Below, in pieces: positions 9,788-19,491 of a stretch of 64,000 bases of DNA (its first letter is position 1; each line of letters starts with the position of its first letter). The translations under genes were made by a program, and so were the position numbers. Under the pieces are notes generated by a model that did no database searches, was not told where the DNA came from, and worked only from the letters and a program-made list of their open reading frames with translations. The stretch is from a virus: positions 31,305 through 95,304 of IMG/VR virus record IMGVR_UViG_3300025732_000024; one strand, written 5' to 3'.

Positions 9788-10225
9788 TTATTTCAATAAA
9801 ACGACAACTCCACATTTTCTTGTCATTGGTCTGCCCCAGTCGTCTTTATAATTTTCCGTTATGTCAATGCTTATACTCGTTTCTGTTTTGTTTACTATAA
9901 AATAATTTTTTCTGCCAATTCTACCTTCAGGTAAGCCACTAGCTAAAAGTGCCTTAACTCCTTTAATTTCAGTAGCCGTTACGTGACTATTATTCTTACC
10001 TTTTATTGATTTAACTTGATTCTTGGTTGTTGTAGTTGCTGCTTCTGTTAATTCTTTGTTTAATCCTTCTAACTTATCTTCTAGAATAACTAACCTATCA
10101 ATATAACTTCTTATTCCTCTATAAATTTCCCGCAAGCACGCCGCTATCTGTTTATTTAAAACAAGTATTTTAAATCTAATTTCTTGAATTAAACTTTGTT
10201 GTTTTTTGCTTATTGTAGTAGTCAT
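9788..10225 (-). CDS. Hypothetical protein with shared N-terminal module (start MTTTISK)
   Basis: Repeat promoter/RBS directly upstream. Confidence 0.7.
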   Translation of the reverse strand: MTTTISKKQQSLIQEIRFKILVLNKQIAACLREIYRGIRSYIDRLVILEDKLEGLNKELTEAATTTTKNQVKSIKGKNNSHVTATEIKGVKALLASGLPEGRIGRKNYFIVNKTETSISIDITENYKDDWGRPMTRKCGVVVLLK

Positions 10226-10390
10226 TGCCGTGTCCCTTGTGTTTTGTGTATATGAATAATATAGTCTATCCATTAATAATATGTCAACTACTTTTTTCTT
10301 AATTTTATACTGAATTTTAAAATATTTATTTGATACAGAGTGACTAGCTACTTACAATAAAAAACATCCAGTTGTCTGGATGCTTATTTT

Positions 10391-10849
10391 TTAGAAGGGT
10401 AGATTTTCTGGGGTTATTGACTGTTTATCTTTTTTCATTTGCCTTAACCAAGGTCTTAAGTATCGGCAATTTGTTATTTTTTGTTCCTCTTCTTCAGAGA
10501 AATCTTCTAACCAGCATCTTATGTCTTGACCTTCTTTCCAAAAAGACCTGCGACAAACCTCCGCTATTGCCTCGTCTAAATCACTCGTCTCTATCAAGTT
10601 CCTGTTCATTGTCTCGTAGCTGTAGCCCTTTTTTATTAAGACTTCATCTACAGAAGTGCCGTCAAGACATAATAAATAATTTGAATGCTTGATAGAAAAA
10701 TCTAATAATTTAACGTCTTTTTTGTCTTTATAAATCTCCTTTATTTCGTATCCGTGTTCCTTTAATTTTATCTGTACTAGCTTTGCTACAAATTTTTGGT
10801 ATGCTGTGAGTTCTTCTTTACACCATGCCAGGTTAAAATTTGTAACCAT
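10391..10849 (-). CDS. Hypothetical protein
   Basis: Own promoter repeat and AGGAG RBS. Confidence 0.7.
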   Translation of the reverse strand: MVTNFNLAWCKEELTAYQKFVAKLVQIKLKEHGYEIKEIYKDKKDVKLLDFSIKHSNYLLCLDGTSVDEVLIKKGYSYETMNRNLIETSDLDEAIAEVCRRSFWKEGQDIRCWLEDFSEEEEQKITNCRYLRPWLRQMKKDKQSITPENLPF

Positions 10850-10985
10850 TGTCTGTGTCTCCTGTTGTTTATTTGTTTTTCCTTACATAATTAATATAGT
10901 CTATCCATTAATAATATGTCAAGGGTTTTAAAAAATATTTTTTTTGGCATTAAAAAACCCTGAGTTAATCAGGGTTTTAGCTTTA

Positions 10986-11414
10986 TTAAAATTTTATATT
11001 TTCTGGCTTGAACAATCCGTTCTCTACAGTTTTACCTAACGCTACTAAATTTTCTCCAGTGTACTGCTCTAAATAAACTTTTATTTCTCCAGGTAAAAAA
11101 CCAGCCTCTAACATCAATAGTTCAACGCTACGTTTATTGGAAATATGCCAAGTGATGATTGCATTGTTGGCTCTATAAGCCCCTGACTTGAAGTGGACTA
11201 CCCAATACCCGTCATCGTGCTTATGTTCCCAAAAATAATCATCAAGTAACTGTCTTTCATACCAAGGAATTGTTCCTCGGTAAAGTTTGCCAAACTCGTC
11301 ACCTTCTGCTAATTTTTCATATTTTTCTAGTAGAGCGATCGCCTTCTTGATTTGATTTTCTTTTAATACTAACTTTTTGTCAAATAATCTACCGTTTAAT
11401 TCTACTAATGCCAT
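10986..11414 (-). CDS. Hypothetical protein
   Basis: Own promoter repeat; terminator at about 10952-10978. Confidence 0.7.
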   Translation of the reverse strand: MALVELNGRLFDKKLVLKENQIKKAIALLEKYEKLAEGDEFGKLYRGTIPWYERQLLDDYFWEHKHDDGYWVVHFKSGAYRANNAIITWHISNKRSVELLMLEAGFLPGEIKVYLEQYTGENLVALGKTVENGLFKPENIKF

Positions 11415-11537
11415 TGCCTTGTTTCCTTTGTGTTTTGTGTATATGAATAATATAGTCTATCCATTAATAATATGTCAAGGGTTTTAAAAAATATTTTTTT
11501 GACATTAAAAAACCCTGACTAGGTCAGGGTTTCAGGC

Positions 11538-11705
11538 TTATTCCGCTTGTTTCTTTTCGGCATATTTACGCCGCATATACTCCCGCTTGGCTTCTCGTTG
11601 CTTCTCCAGTTGCTCTGGAGTCATACTTTGCTGCCACTTCCTTTTGCGGGCTTTCCCTTTTTCTGTGGCGTCGTATCGTGCTTGGGTTTCTGGATCGTAA
11701 CTCAT
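11538..11705 (-). CDS. Small basic protein
   Basis: MSYDPETQARYDATEKGKARKRK...; partial promoter repeat; terminator about 11507-11532. Confidence 0.55.
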   Translation of the reverse strand: MSYDPETQARYDATEKGKARKRKWQQSMTPEQLEKQREAKREYMRRKYAEKKQAE

Positions 11706-11847
11706 GGCAGTCCTTTGATAATTATATATTTTATATAGTCTATCTAGCACTCCTTGTCAATGAATAGCGTATACAGAAATACTAGGAAATATTTTTAAAT
11801 TAAGTATAGACTATATTAATTATATAAAAGACAAAGGAAACACAACA

Positions 11848-12225
11848 ATGACTACCTATAAAGAGTATTTGACTTGGAATTATGACAAACTAGAAGCAGA
11901 GTATACAAGACAAGGCTTCTATTCTCTGACTACTTTTCTGTTGGCACAGAAGAACAAAACTAATGTAATTAAAAAATCTAATAAACATAAAGTAAAAGTT
12001 TCAGACATCAAATCTGGGCATTGTGTGGGATTCACAAAGGAAGGCTATTCCATAATTGCTGGCAAGAAACAAACTAAGGGTATTATTAAAATTTACTATG
12101 CAATATATGATCCTAAACTGTATACACCTCTTGTTACCAAGAATTTTCCATCGGTAAAACTGATGGTTGATGAAATAAACACGATATTAGATGAAGAGAA
12201 AACAGAAGAACTTGCTTGGTGGTGA
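11848..12225 (+). CDS. Hypothetical protein
   Basis: Inverted copy of the promoter/RBS repeat upstream. Confidence 0.65.
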   Translation: MTTYKEYLTWNYDKLEAEYTRQGFYSLTTFLLAQKNKTNVIKKSNKHKVKVSDIKSGHCVGFTKEGYSIIAGKKQTKGIIKIYYAIYDPKLYTPLVTKNFPSVKLMVDEINTILDEEKTEELAWW

Positions 12226-12355
12226 GTATCTATCCACAACACAAAAACCGCTTAGACACCAATCTAAGCGGTTTTTGTGTTATATTAGTAATATTCCTGT
12301 TGAACTCTCACAAATTCACAGAGAATGTAAAACGCCCCATTGGGGCGTTTTTGGT

Positions 12356-12616
12356 TTATGTCATCAATTGATGAATCGCCTTTTTAGCGTAATCAAAAAA
12401 CACATCAATATTCTCACAAGGGTCTATGTGATCAGCCGCAATGCTGTAATAATGTCCGGCATTCGCTATATCTACAGCCAAAATGCCACCATTGGGGCAT
12501 AAATATTTTATTGTCCAATTATTGTAAGTATCTGTTCTTCTAGCGTAACCCAAATCAAAATCAAACTCTGATTTAGAGATTGCAACTATGCAAAAATCTG
12601 ACGCAATTAAACTCAT
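12356..12616 (-). CDS. Hypothetical protein
   Basis: AAGGA RBS; downstream hairpin. Confidence 0.5.
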   Translation of the reverse strand: MSLIASDFCIVAISKSEFDFDLGYARRTDTYNNWTIKYLCPNGGILAVDIANAGHYYSIAADHIDPCENIDVFFDYAKKAIHQLMT

Positions 12617-12685
12617 ATTCTCATCCTTGAACTCTCACTTTTATATAATACATTAATAACCCAAAAATGTCACTAAAAGTATTTT

Positions 12686-13018
12686 ATGCCTAACTACAAA
12701 GTACGATATGGCAACATCAAAAAATACAAGAAACGTTGCCACAAAGCACACCTCAGAACTCATGGGATTTGTGCTGTATGCTTAATTAATAAATCCGAAC
12801 AAATCCATCACTCCAGTTATCGCAAGTCGGGAGATAGGTACGGGATTAACATTTTCCCAACGTGCAAACATTGTCATCTTAATGTCTGTCATAGTCTTAA
12901 AAATTGGATTATTCACCCTACAGAACCGGAGTGGAAAAATCACAACACTCCGGCATTTACCAAGATGCTACAGAGGAATTACAGGAAGATCCAAAGATAT
13001 TATGCGGAAAATTCCTAG
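12686..13018 (+). CDS. HNH-like Zn-binding protein (paralog of 31700..32020)
   Basis: CAVC...IHH...CKHCH. Confidence 0.65.
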   Translation: MPNYKVRYGNIKKYKKRCHKAHLRTHGICAVCLINKSEQIHHSSYRKSGDRYGINIFPTCKHCHLNVCHSLKNWIIHPTEPEWKNHNTPAFTKMLQRNYRKIQRYYAENS

Positions 13019-13049
13019 CGTATTAATAGGCTAAGGTTTTCCGATGGAA

Positions 13050-13760
13050 TTACAAGACTTTAACTAAACCAGGATACTTAGATTCTAGATACTGAGGGAG
13101 TAAAGCAGGCTTATATTTTTGCTCCAAAAAATACCTAAAATATTCCAATTCTCTCATCTGATAACACCAAGGATTACAGTATCTACCATCGGGAAAACGG
13201 TATTTAAACTTGATGCGATCGCCACTCCAGTCTTTATCTTTGCGGTGGTTAGACCAGTGAATACCGATAGAACCATCTAATAAGTCAGCTTTATCAACAG
13301 GATATCTGAGCTTTTGTTCTACCCATATAAGCAGATTTGCGGATTCATGCAATACGCACCAATAACCAATGGGTATTTTATTAGCGTCATCAAACATTGA
13401 TTCTACTCGTTGAGTATACGCGCCCAATCTCTGGGGTTGCTTAGTTGCCGAGTAAGATCCGGTTTCACGAATACTTGGTAATACTTCCTCAAATACCCAT
13501 TTCTGAAAAACTTTAGCAGATGGAAGTTTAGATCCAAATACCAATTGATAGATACCAGCTTCTTCTAGTACGGTCACAGACTGCATTCCACCAGGTGTTA
13601 CCATTTTGGTAACACCTTTGTATTCACTGTCAACCTTAGTGGAGACTGTCTTAGCCGGGTTGGCATAACCTAATATAGCTGCGACATCGTTAGCAACAGG
13701 TTTACCATCAATAAAACGAATGGGTTGCGAATCAAACTGAAAAACTGCTAAATTATTCAT
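13050..13760 (-). CDS. BRO-N antirepressor-like protein
   Basis: VANDVAAILGY, EAGIYQLVFGSKLPSAKVFQKWVFEEVLPSIRETGSY. Confidence 0.9.
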   Translation of the reverse strand: MNNLAVFQFDSQPIRFIDGKPVANDVAAILGYANPAKTVSTKVDSEYKGVTKMVTPGGMQSVTVLEEAGIYQLVFGSKLPSAKVFQKWVFEEVLPSIRETGSYSATKQPQRLGAYTQRVESMFDDANKIPIGYWCVLHESANLLIWVEQKLRYPVDKADLLDGSIGIHWSNHRKDKDWSGDRIKFKYRFPDGRYCNPWCYQMRELEYFRYFLEQKYKPALLPQYLESKYPGLVKVL

Positions 13761-13890
13761 GTGACCTCTTACTAGGTTAATTCCCCTGCGGACTCGGTGT
13801 TGTCAGCACCATCCGGCGAGGGGATTACATGATAATTATAACACACTTATAGGTATTTCGGATAGTTGCGTTATGGTTTCGATAAGTAGA

Positions 13891-14931
13891 CTACAACCAC
13901 TGCTCAATAACAGCTTTTGCAACTTGTTCGGTCATGCGTGGTGGCACACTCATTCCTATCATGTATTTGCCTATCTTATCGGTTTTAGCTTGGTAATCGT
14001 CAGGGAATGAGCCAAGACGTTTATATTCGCGGTAGGTCAATCTTCTAGGCTCTGACCAATGAGTAAAGTTTGAATGAGAGCTTGTTATTGTACATGATGG
14101 AACTAAATTGTTTAATTTGTAGTTATTAAACCAGGCATGTTTTTTAAATATCTTTGAATGTGCAACATCTAAAAAATTACCTTTGGGTGTGTTGTTCCAC
14201 AAGAGCAACTCTCTATCACTTACTTTATTATCCCTAATTTCATCATCAGTAAGTACCTGTAAATCACTTGTAGCCTCACCAGCACTAATCCATCTAGATT
14301 TGGGAGCTAACACCAATTTAGGTTTATTAATATCATCACGTAACGCAATAAAAAATACCCGTTCTCGTTTCTGTGGCACTCCACAATCAGCAGCATTAAT
14401 CAAGAATAATTGAGGTTTATATCCAATTTTCCTAAACCTATCAATTATCATTTTGCAGTAACCTTTAGCGTTACCTTGCAACATACCTTTAACATTTTCA
14501 GCTATGGCAACTCTAGGCTTTAGATGCTCAACTAAATCCAAATAATCAAAGAATAAATCATCTAAAACCTGTTCGGCTTGACCTTCCCTAAAATGCTTTT
14601 TCTTACCCCATGCTTTCTCTCTACTACCTGCCATTGAGAACGTACTGCATGGAGGCGAGCCATCTAATATGTCTAAATGATATAATTCATCGGGCAATTT
14701 TGTCTTAATTAAGTCTTTAATAGGACACAGAAAATAATGTTTAGGTTTGAGGTTTAGTTTGTAATGATAAGCCATTTCAGAGTCAATATCATTAGCGGCA
14801 ATTACGTCACAACCTGCTAATTTATAACCCATAGAACTCCCACCACCACAGCTAAAAGTTGACATAACTTTTAATCCGTTCTGTGGGATGTCTTTTAAAT
14901 CTTTTAAGTACCACGCTATAGGATTGCTCAT
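13891..14931 (-). CDS. C5 cytosine DNA methyltransferase
   Basis: FSCGGG, GSPPC, ENVKG, PQKRER, GMSVPP. Confidence 0.93.
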   Translation of the reverse strand: MSNPIAWYLKDLKDIPQNGLKVMSTFSCGGGSSMGYKLAGCDVIAANDIDSEMAYHYKLNLKPKHYFLCPIKDLIKTKLPDELYHLDILDGSPPCSTFSMAGSREKAWGKKKHFREGQAEQVLDDLFFDYLDLVEHLKPRVAIAENVKGMLQGNAKGYCKMIIDRFRKIGYKPQLFLINAADCGVPQKRERVFFIALRDDINKPKLVLAPKSRWISAGEATSDLQVLTDDEIRDNKVSDRELLLWNNTPKGNFLDVAHSKIFKKHAWFNNYKLNNLVPSCTITSSHSNFTHWSEPRRLTYREYKRLGSFPDDYQAKTDKIGKYMIGMSVPPRMTEQVAKAVIEQWL

Positions 14932-15482
14932 TCTTTACTATTAAACTCAAAACCACATTTAGGACATTTATGTTCAAAGTCAAATTCGTCTACATCAACC
15001 TCTTTAGACGATGATTCTGGTATATTTCCATCCCCACCACTGCCACATTCACCATCCCCATCATCCTTTTGCACATCATCCAAAAAACTTAACTCCAGTT
15101 CACCAAACCCAGTCAAACTTAGCTCAAAATCCTCCTCTTGCAAAAACTCAAAATCAATCTTCAGTAGTTCCGGGTCAAAGCCGGTATTCATTGTCAGCTT
15201 ATTATGCGCCAGCCGATAAGCCACCTTTTGAGCATCGGTCAACCCCGTCACCTGAATTACGGGAATAGTCTTATCACCACGTTTTTTAGCTGCCAATAGC
15301 CGACCATGACCTTCTAGTAATTCACCCTTCTCATCCACTGCCACCGGGTCGAGAAACGTAAACTCTTCTATAGAATTGGCTATCTGTTCCACATGGGAAT
15401 CAGGATGTAGCTTTGCGTTATTCGCATAAGGGCTTAAACGCTCAATATCCCACTCTTCTATTTGGCTTCGTTTAATAGTCAT
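14928..15482 (-). CDS. ParB/Srx-like N-domain protein with C-terminal CPKC
   Basis: LSPYANNAKLH...IANSIEEF...EGHGRLLAA...YRLAHNKL. Confidence 0.85.
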   Translation of the reverse strand: MTIKRSQIEEWDIERLSPYANNAKLHPDSHVEQIANSIEEFTFLDPVAVDEKGELLEGHGRLLAAKKRGDKTIPVIQVTGLTDAQKVAYRLAHNKLTMNTGFDPELLKIDFEFLQEEDFELSLTGFGELELSFLDDVQKDDGDGECGSGGDGNIPESSSKEVDVDEFDFEHKCPKCGFEFNSKE

Positions 15483-15652
15483 GTAATTACAGGTAAAATT
15501 TAATGCAATTTTAGCATGAGAAAAATATTTTAAAAATACGGACAATTTGCTATTGACACGGATAAAATACTATGGCATTATATAAATATAGAGGCAAGGG
15601 AAGCACCCCAAGCCTCTAAATCAAACAAGCATAGCATTAAGGACATTGTATC

Positions 15653-15991
15653 ATGGTAAGCTCCACAGACACATATCTTTCTGGAATTATATCTGCTTAC
15701 GAAAAATTCAAAAATCAAGCAATAGAAGAAGGAATCAAATCCAGCACTCAAGCATCGCATAGTGGTAGTGGATATTCCGTTGAATTTCTCCCAAGCGGTA
15801 GCTACCGCGTTCTTTGGGATAATCAAATTGGCAATCTTTACAAGTCAGAAGGCGTGATAATTGGTATTCCCGCTTGTTCTAGCGATGAATCACCTGACGA
15901 CGATAATGATGAATGGTTTTTTGATAATGCCGTTAATGAGTTTGAAGAAAAGTTCAATCAATGGAAATCCGATTATTTAGAAAATGCTTAA
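15653..15991 (+). CDS. Hypothetical protein
   Basis: TTGACA promoter at about 15553; AAGGA RBS. Confidence 0.6.
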   Translation: MVSSTDTYLSGIISAYEKFKNQAIEEGIKSSTQASHSGSGYSVEFLPSGSYRVLWDNQIGNLYKSEGVIIGIPACSSDESPDDDNDEWFFDNAVNEFEEKFNQWKSDYLENA

Positions 15992-16053
15992 TACTAATGC
16001 GATCGCTAACCGAATAGTCAGTGATCGCATCAGCCTTTAGCCCCATCAAATTC

Positions 16054-16362
16054 ATGGAACAGCCTTTCCCGGTAAGCAGTCTTGAAACTGCTTACCGATT
16101 AGTAATAGACATCGCTGAAACATTGCTAGTTCACAATGTCCCACTGCATCAATATAATCCGGATTTCCCTTTCCGGAATCCAACCCCATCTAAAGCAGAA
16201 ATAGAAGGATTTGATATTTCCTGGTTATCAAATCCTGATGGTTCAAAATACGCACCGGACGGAAACAACGCCAGCGTTGTTCCGTCCGATGTTTTGGATA
16301 GATTAGCTGATGCTATAAACGCATTGGCTGAAATCGAAGAAAGGTATTGGAGCAATAAATGA
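16054..16362 (+). CDS. Hypothetical protein
   Basis: ORF coupled to the next gene. Confidence 0.5.
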   Translation: MEQPFPVSSLETAYRLVIDIAETLLVHNVPLHQYNPDFPFRNPTPSKAEIEGFDISWLSNPDGSKYAPDGNNASVVPSDVLDRLADAINALAEIEERYWSNK

Positions 16363-17159
16363 AAAAATCAAGCATTGCTCCAACACAGAAATACGGTAAA
16401 TTAACCGTAATGGAAAGAGACAATGCAAAAACAAACAAAAAGCCTTTTTGGTGCTGCCAATGCGAATGTGGTAGCACTACATCTGTTAGAGCCGATTACC
16501 TGACATCAGGAAAAATCGTATCCTGTGGATGCTATAGAAATAGTAAATTTAAAGCATCACCAGAAAACATTGAACAGTGCAAAGAACTGTTCAACCAAGG
16601 CAAAAGCATTAATGAAATAGCTGCGTTAATGCGGATTTCACCATCTAACGTCCAGAAGTTTTTATCTACTTCTGGCATTGAAACCGAATGTATTTCAAGG
16701 GAGGAATTAAAAGCCTACAAAGAAGAAGATAAGCTGCGATGGGCTAAAAAATATGTCATTTTCAAGATGTCGTTGAGCGCGATCGCCGAAGGAGAAAATA
16801 CCACGACAGCATCTATATCTAGGTCTCTCAATAAACTCGGTATACCCATGAGAGAACCGGGAAGTCAATCTGCTGAAATGCTCTCTCGATTTAAAGCAAA
16901 AGCCAATGAATACTGGCAGTTTTACAAAGATGGGATATCTTCGGTTGAGATTGCTAAATTATTCGATTTATCAAGTCCAAATGTTGTGCTTTATATCCTC
17001 AAAGCACATGGATACAAAATAAGAACAAATCAGGAAGTGCGTAGAGTAAAAAGGATTAACTTCAGGAAAGAAACTAGAAGCTTAATAAAGACTCGCGGAG
17101 TCAAATTAAGCGAAACAAGGAAAGCTGAAAAGCTTCGCAACTTAGAAGAATTAAAATGA
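16359..17159 (+). CDS. Cys-rich N-domain (as in HNH/AP2 homing nucleases) plus tandem HTH domains
   Basis: YGKLTV..WCCQCECG..SCGCY followed by SINEIA, SLSAIA, SSVEIA HTHs. Confidence 0.65.
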   Translation: MKKSSIAPTQKYGKLTVMERDNAKTNKKPFWCCQCECGSTTSVRADYLTSGKIVSCGCYRNSKFKASPENIEQCKELFNQGKSINEIAALMRISPSNVQKFLSTSGIETECISREELKAYKEEDKLRWAKKYVIFKMSLSAIAEGENTTTASISRSLNKLGIPMREPGSQSAEMLSRFKAKANEYWQFYKDGISSVEIAKLFDLSSPNVVLYILKAHGYKIRTNQEVRRVKRINFRKETRSLIKTRGVKLSETRKAEKLRNLEELK

Positions 17160-17177
17160 CTAAGAAAGGAGATTCCA

Positions 17178-17432
17178 ATGTCAAACAAATCAAATGCGTG
17201 CAAAACAGACGGCACACTCAAAGGATGCTTTGTCATCCAAAACGAAAAAAAATGGGAATTCACAATCGTAGACCCCTGGAACAGAGGGTTTTACCGCACA
17301 CCAGACCCAAAAAGATTTGCTTCTCTTAAAGAGGCAGAAAAGTTTGTTAGAGAAAACAACATAAAAGGCACTATTGTGAAGGGTTGGTGCGACCCTTCCC
17401 AGGGATTTTTCCCAGGGGAGTTCCCTGGATAA
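17178..17432 (+). CDS. Hypothetical protein
   Basis: AAGGAG RBS. Confidence 0.55.
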   Translation: MSNKSNACKTDGTLKGCFVIQNEKKWEFTIVDPWNRGFYRTPDPKRFASLKEAEKFVRENNIKGTIVKGWCDPSQGFFPGEFPG

Positions 17433-17680
17433 TGACTAGAAAACAGGAGAGTATAACGCTCTCCCTTTCATTGGAACAGAAAGCCGAACTCGAAAACATA
17501 GCCTTAGAGTTCGGTTATTTATGGGGTGAAAACCCCAATATTTCAGCATTAATCAAAGCAATAGCAAAAGGCGAGCTATTGCTGATAAAACCCGAATCAT
17601 CTGGAAAGCAAAATCGGGTATTAGCCAAGGATGCGATCGCCAGCATCCAAGATGCAATTACATTGTTGGAGTTGATATAA
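17432..17680 (+). CDS. RHH-like protein resembling the N-terminus of cyanobacterial WYL regulators
   Basis: MTRKQESITLSLS..KAELENIALEFG..WGENPNISALIKAIA. Confidence 0.6.
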   Translation: MTRKQESITLSLSLEQKAELENIALEFGYLWGENPNISALIKAIAKGELLLIKPESSGKQNRVLAKDAIASIQDAITLLELI

Positions 17681-17868
17681 AAAGCCAATCAAAGGTTTCA
17701 GGTAATTTGATTGGCTTTTTCTTATTATATTAATTCGCATTTTCAACATCAATTTATCATTGCAAATACATCTGTAAAATGTTAAAATATACAAAAATAA
17801 AGTAGTGAATCTGCGTCAACAGATTCACTATTGCCACAACCTCTACACAGGCTGATGACACCAATATT

Positions 17869-19437
17869 ATGACACAATTAGAGCTAATCAAGAAAGAAAT
17901 TCAACAACCCAAACTCAGAGATTATCAGATTGATTTTATCAGAGATATTTACAATGAAATTCGCAAAGGTGAGAAGCGAATTTTAGGAGTATCCGGCACC
18001 GGATCAGGTAAAACAGTTATTGCATCCAGGATGGTAGCTGATGCTGTTAGTCGTGGGCGCAAAGTATTGTTTATTGTCCATTTAGATGTATTAGTGGGAC
18101 AAACTTATGAGAAGTTTTCCGCATTTGGACTAGAATGTGGATTCATTAAATCAGGATGGAGTGAAAATCAAAACGCTTTAGTACAAATTGCATCGGCTCA
18201 AACATTGCACCGCCGGAATTGGTGGCGAGATGGATTTGTACCAGATATAATTATCTGCGATGAAGCACACGAGACCGCATGGATATCCGTAGTATCCGAG
18301 TTGCTTGAAGAGAACGAAAACGCCATAAAAATCGGGCTGACCGCTACACCTTACCGATTATCAAAGAAGCAGGGCATGGCTGACAAGTTTGATGTGCTAG
18401 TAGCTGCACCCACGCCAGGAGAACTAATGAACAAGGGTTTTCTTGTTCCTGCCACTTACTACGGCATCAAGCAGCCTGATTTATCCAAAGTCAAAACCAT
18501 AGCTGGAGACTATTCCGAAAGCGGACTAAGCGAGGTTATGAACGATAGCGACGTTTTAGACTCAATGCTACGCAACTGGCAACGACTAGCTAGTAACAGA
18601 AAGACCATCGCTTTTGCGGTTGATGTCAAGCATTCAAAAGCGATCGCACAAAAATTCAATGACAACGGAATAGTCGCAGAACACCTGGACGGAGACACCC
18701 CAGGGCATATCAGAAAACAAATGTTTGAGCGGTTAGCAATAGGTAAGACTCAGGTATTGTCATCCTGCAAAGCACTCCAGATAGGGTTTGACTGCCCACC
18801 CGCCGACTGCGTGCTGATGTGTCGTCCTACTAAGTCCAAGTCAATTTACTTTCAACAATTGGGGCGTGGCTTGCGTCCATCCCCAGGTAAAAAAGATTGC
18901 ATGGTGCTAGACCAGGCTGGCAATGTCGCCAGATTTGGTTTTGTGGAAGATATCAAGAAATTTAGTCTAACCAAGGGCAAAGAATCACAAGGTGAAGCAC
19001 CAGTTAAATGTTGTCCCGATTGCCAAAAAATTCTCTATTGCTTTGTGATGAAATGCCCACAATGCAGCCATGTTTTCCCCAGGCAGGATGTAGAAAAACC
19101 AACTGGCGAGATGTTTGCATTAAAGTCAAAAGCCAAAAAATCAAAAGCTAAATCAAGCGATGACTCGCTACTTGAAGAGAGGATTAACTTTGTAAAAGAA
19201 TCGCTTCAAAAAGTCTGGAAATACAAAATAAAACCAGGCTGGGTGTATTTTCAATTTAAAGAAAAGTTTGGAACAACGCCCCATAGACAAATGTTCTTGC
19301 ATGGAATTTTTGGGGAAAATCCAACAGAAGAAGACAAGCAAAATTACTGGACTTTTCTGATGGCTAAATCTGAAAACGACATCACTTATTCCCAAAGGTA
19401 TTACTCATGGGAATTCGGGGAAAATAGAACAGCATGA
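17869..19437 (+). CDS. SF2 DEAH helicase (RadD/YejH-like) with Zn ribbon
   Basis: GTGSGKT, DEAH, TATP, QQLGRGLR, CPDC/CPQC. Confidence 0.92.
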   Translation: MTQLELIKKEIQQPKLRDYQIDFIRDIYNEIRKGEKRILGVSGTGSGKTVIASRMVADAVSRGRKVLFIVHLDVLVGQTYEKFSAFGLECGFIKSGWSENQNALVQIASAQTLHRRNWWRDGFVPDIIICDEAHETAWISVVSELLEENENAIKIGLTATPYRLSKKQGMADKFDVLVAAPTPGELMNKGFLVPATYYGIKQPDLSKVKTIAGDYSESGLSEVMNDSDVLDSMLRNWQRLASNRKTIAFAVDVKHSKAIAQKFNDNGIVAEHLDGDTPGHIRKQMFERLAIGKTQVLSSCKALQIGFDCPPADCVLMCRPTKSKSIYFQQLGRGLRPSPGKKDCMVLDQAGNVARFGFVEDIKKFSLTKGKESQGEAPVKCCPDCQKILYCFVMKCPQCSHVFPRQDVEKPTGEMFALKSKAKKSKAKSSDDSLLEERINFVKESLQKVWKYKIKPGWVYFQFKEKFGTTPHRQMFLHGIFGENPTEEDKQNYWTFLMAKSENDITYSQRYYSWEFGENRTA

Positions 19438-19491
19438 TTTCCCAGTAAATATTCACGACAAGCGCTCGCCATTGGCGGGCTTTTTTGTGCA

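Larger units (their letters stand above)
9699..11847 (-). promoter_or_regulatory. Repeated promoter/RBS unit at 9699-9762, 10226-10287, 10850-10922, 11415-11478, partial 11730-11760, inverted 11803-11847
   Basis: Minus strand TTGACATATTRTTAATGGATAGACTATATT...AAGGAAACAAGGCAATG before consecutive genes. Confidence 0.85.

Noticed and set aside
17851-17862. Other CTGATGA matches (also near 5861, 24266, 41376, 52462)
   Set aside because: No flanking stems with GAAA/GUC to form a hammerhead
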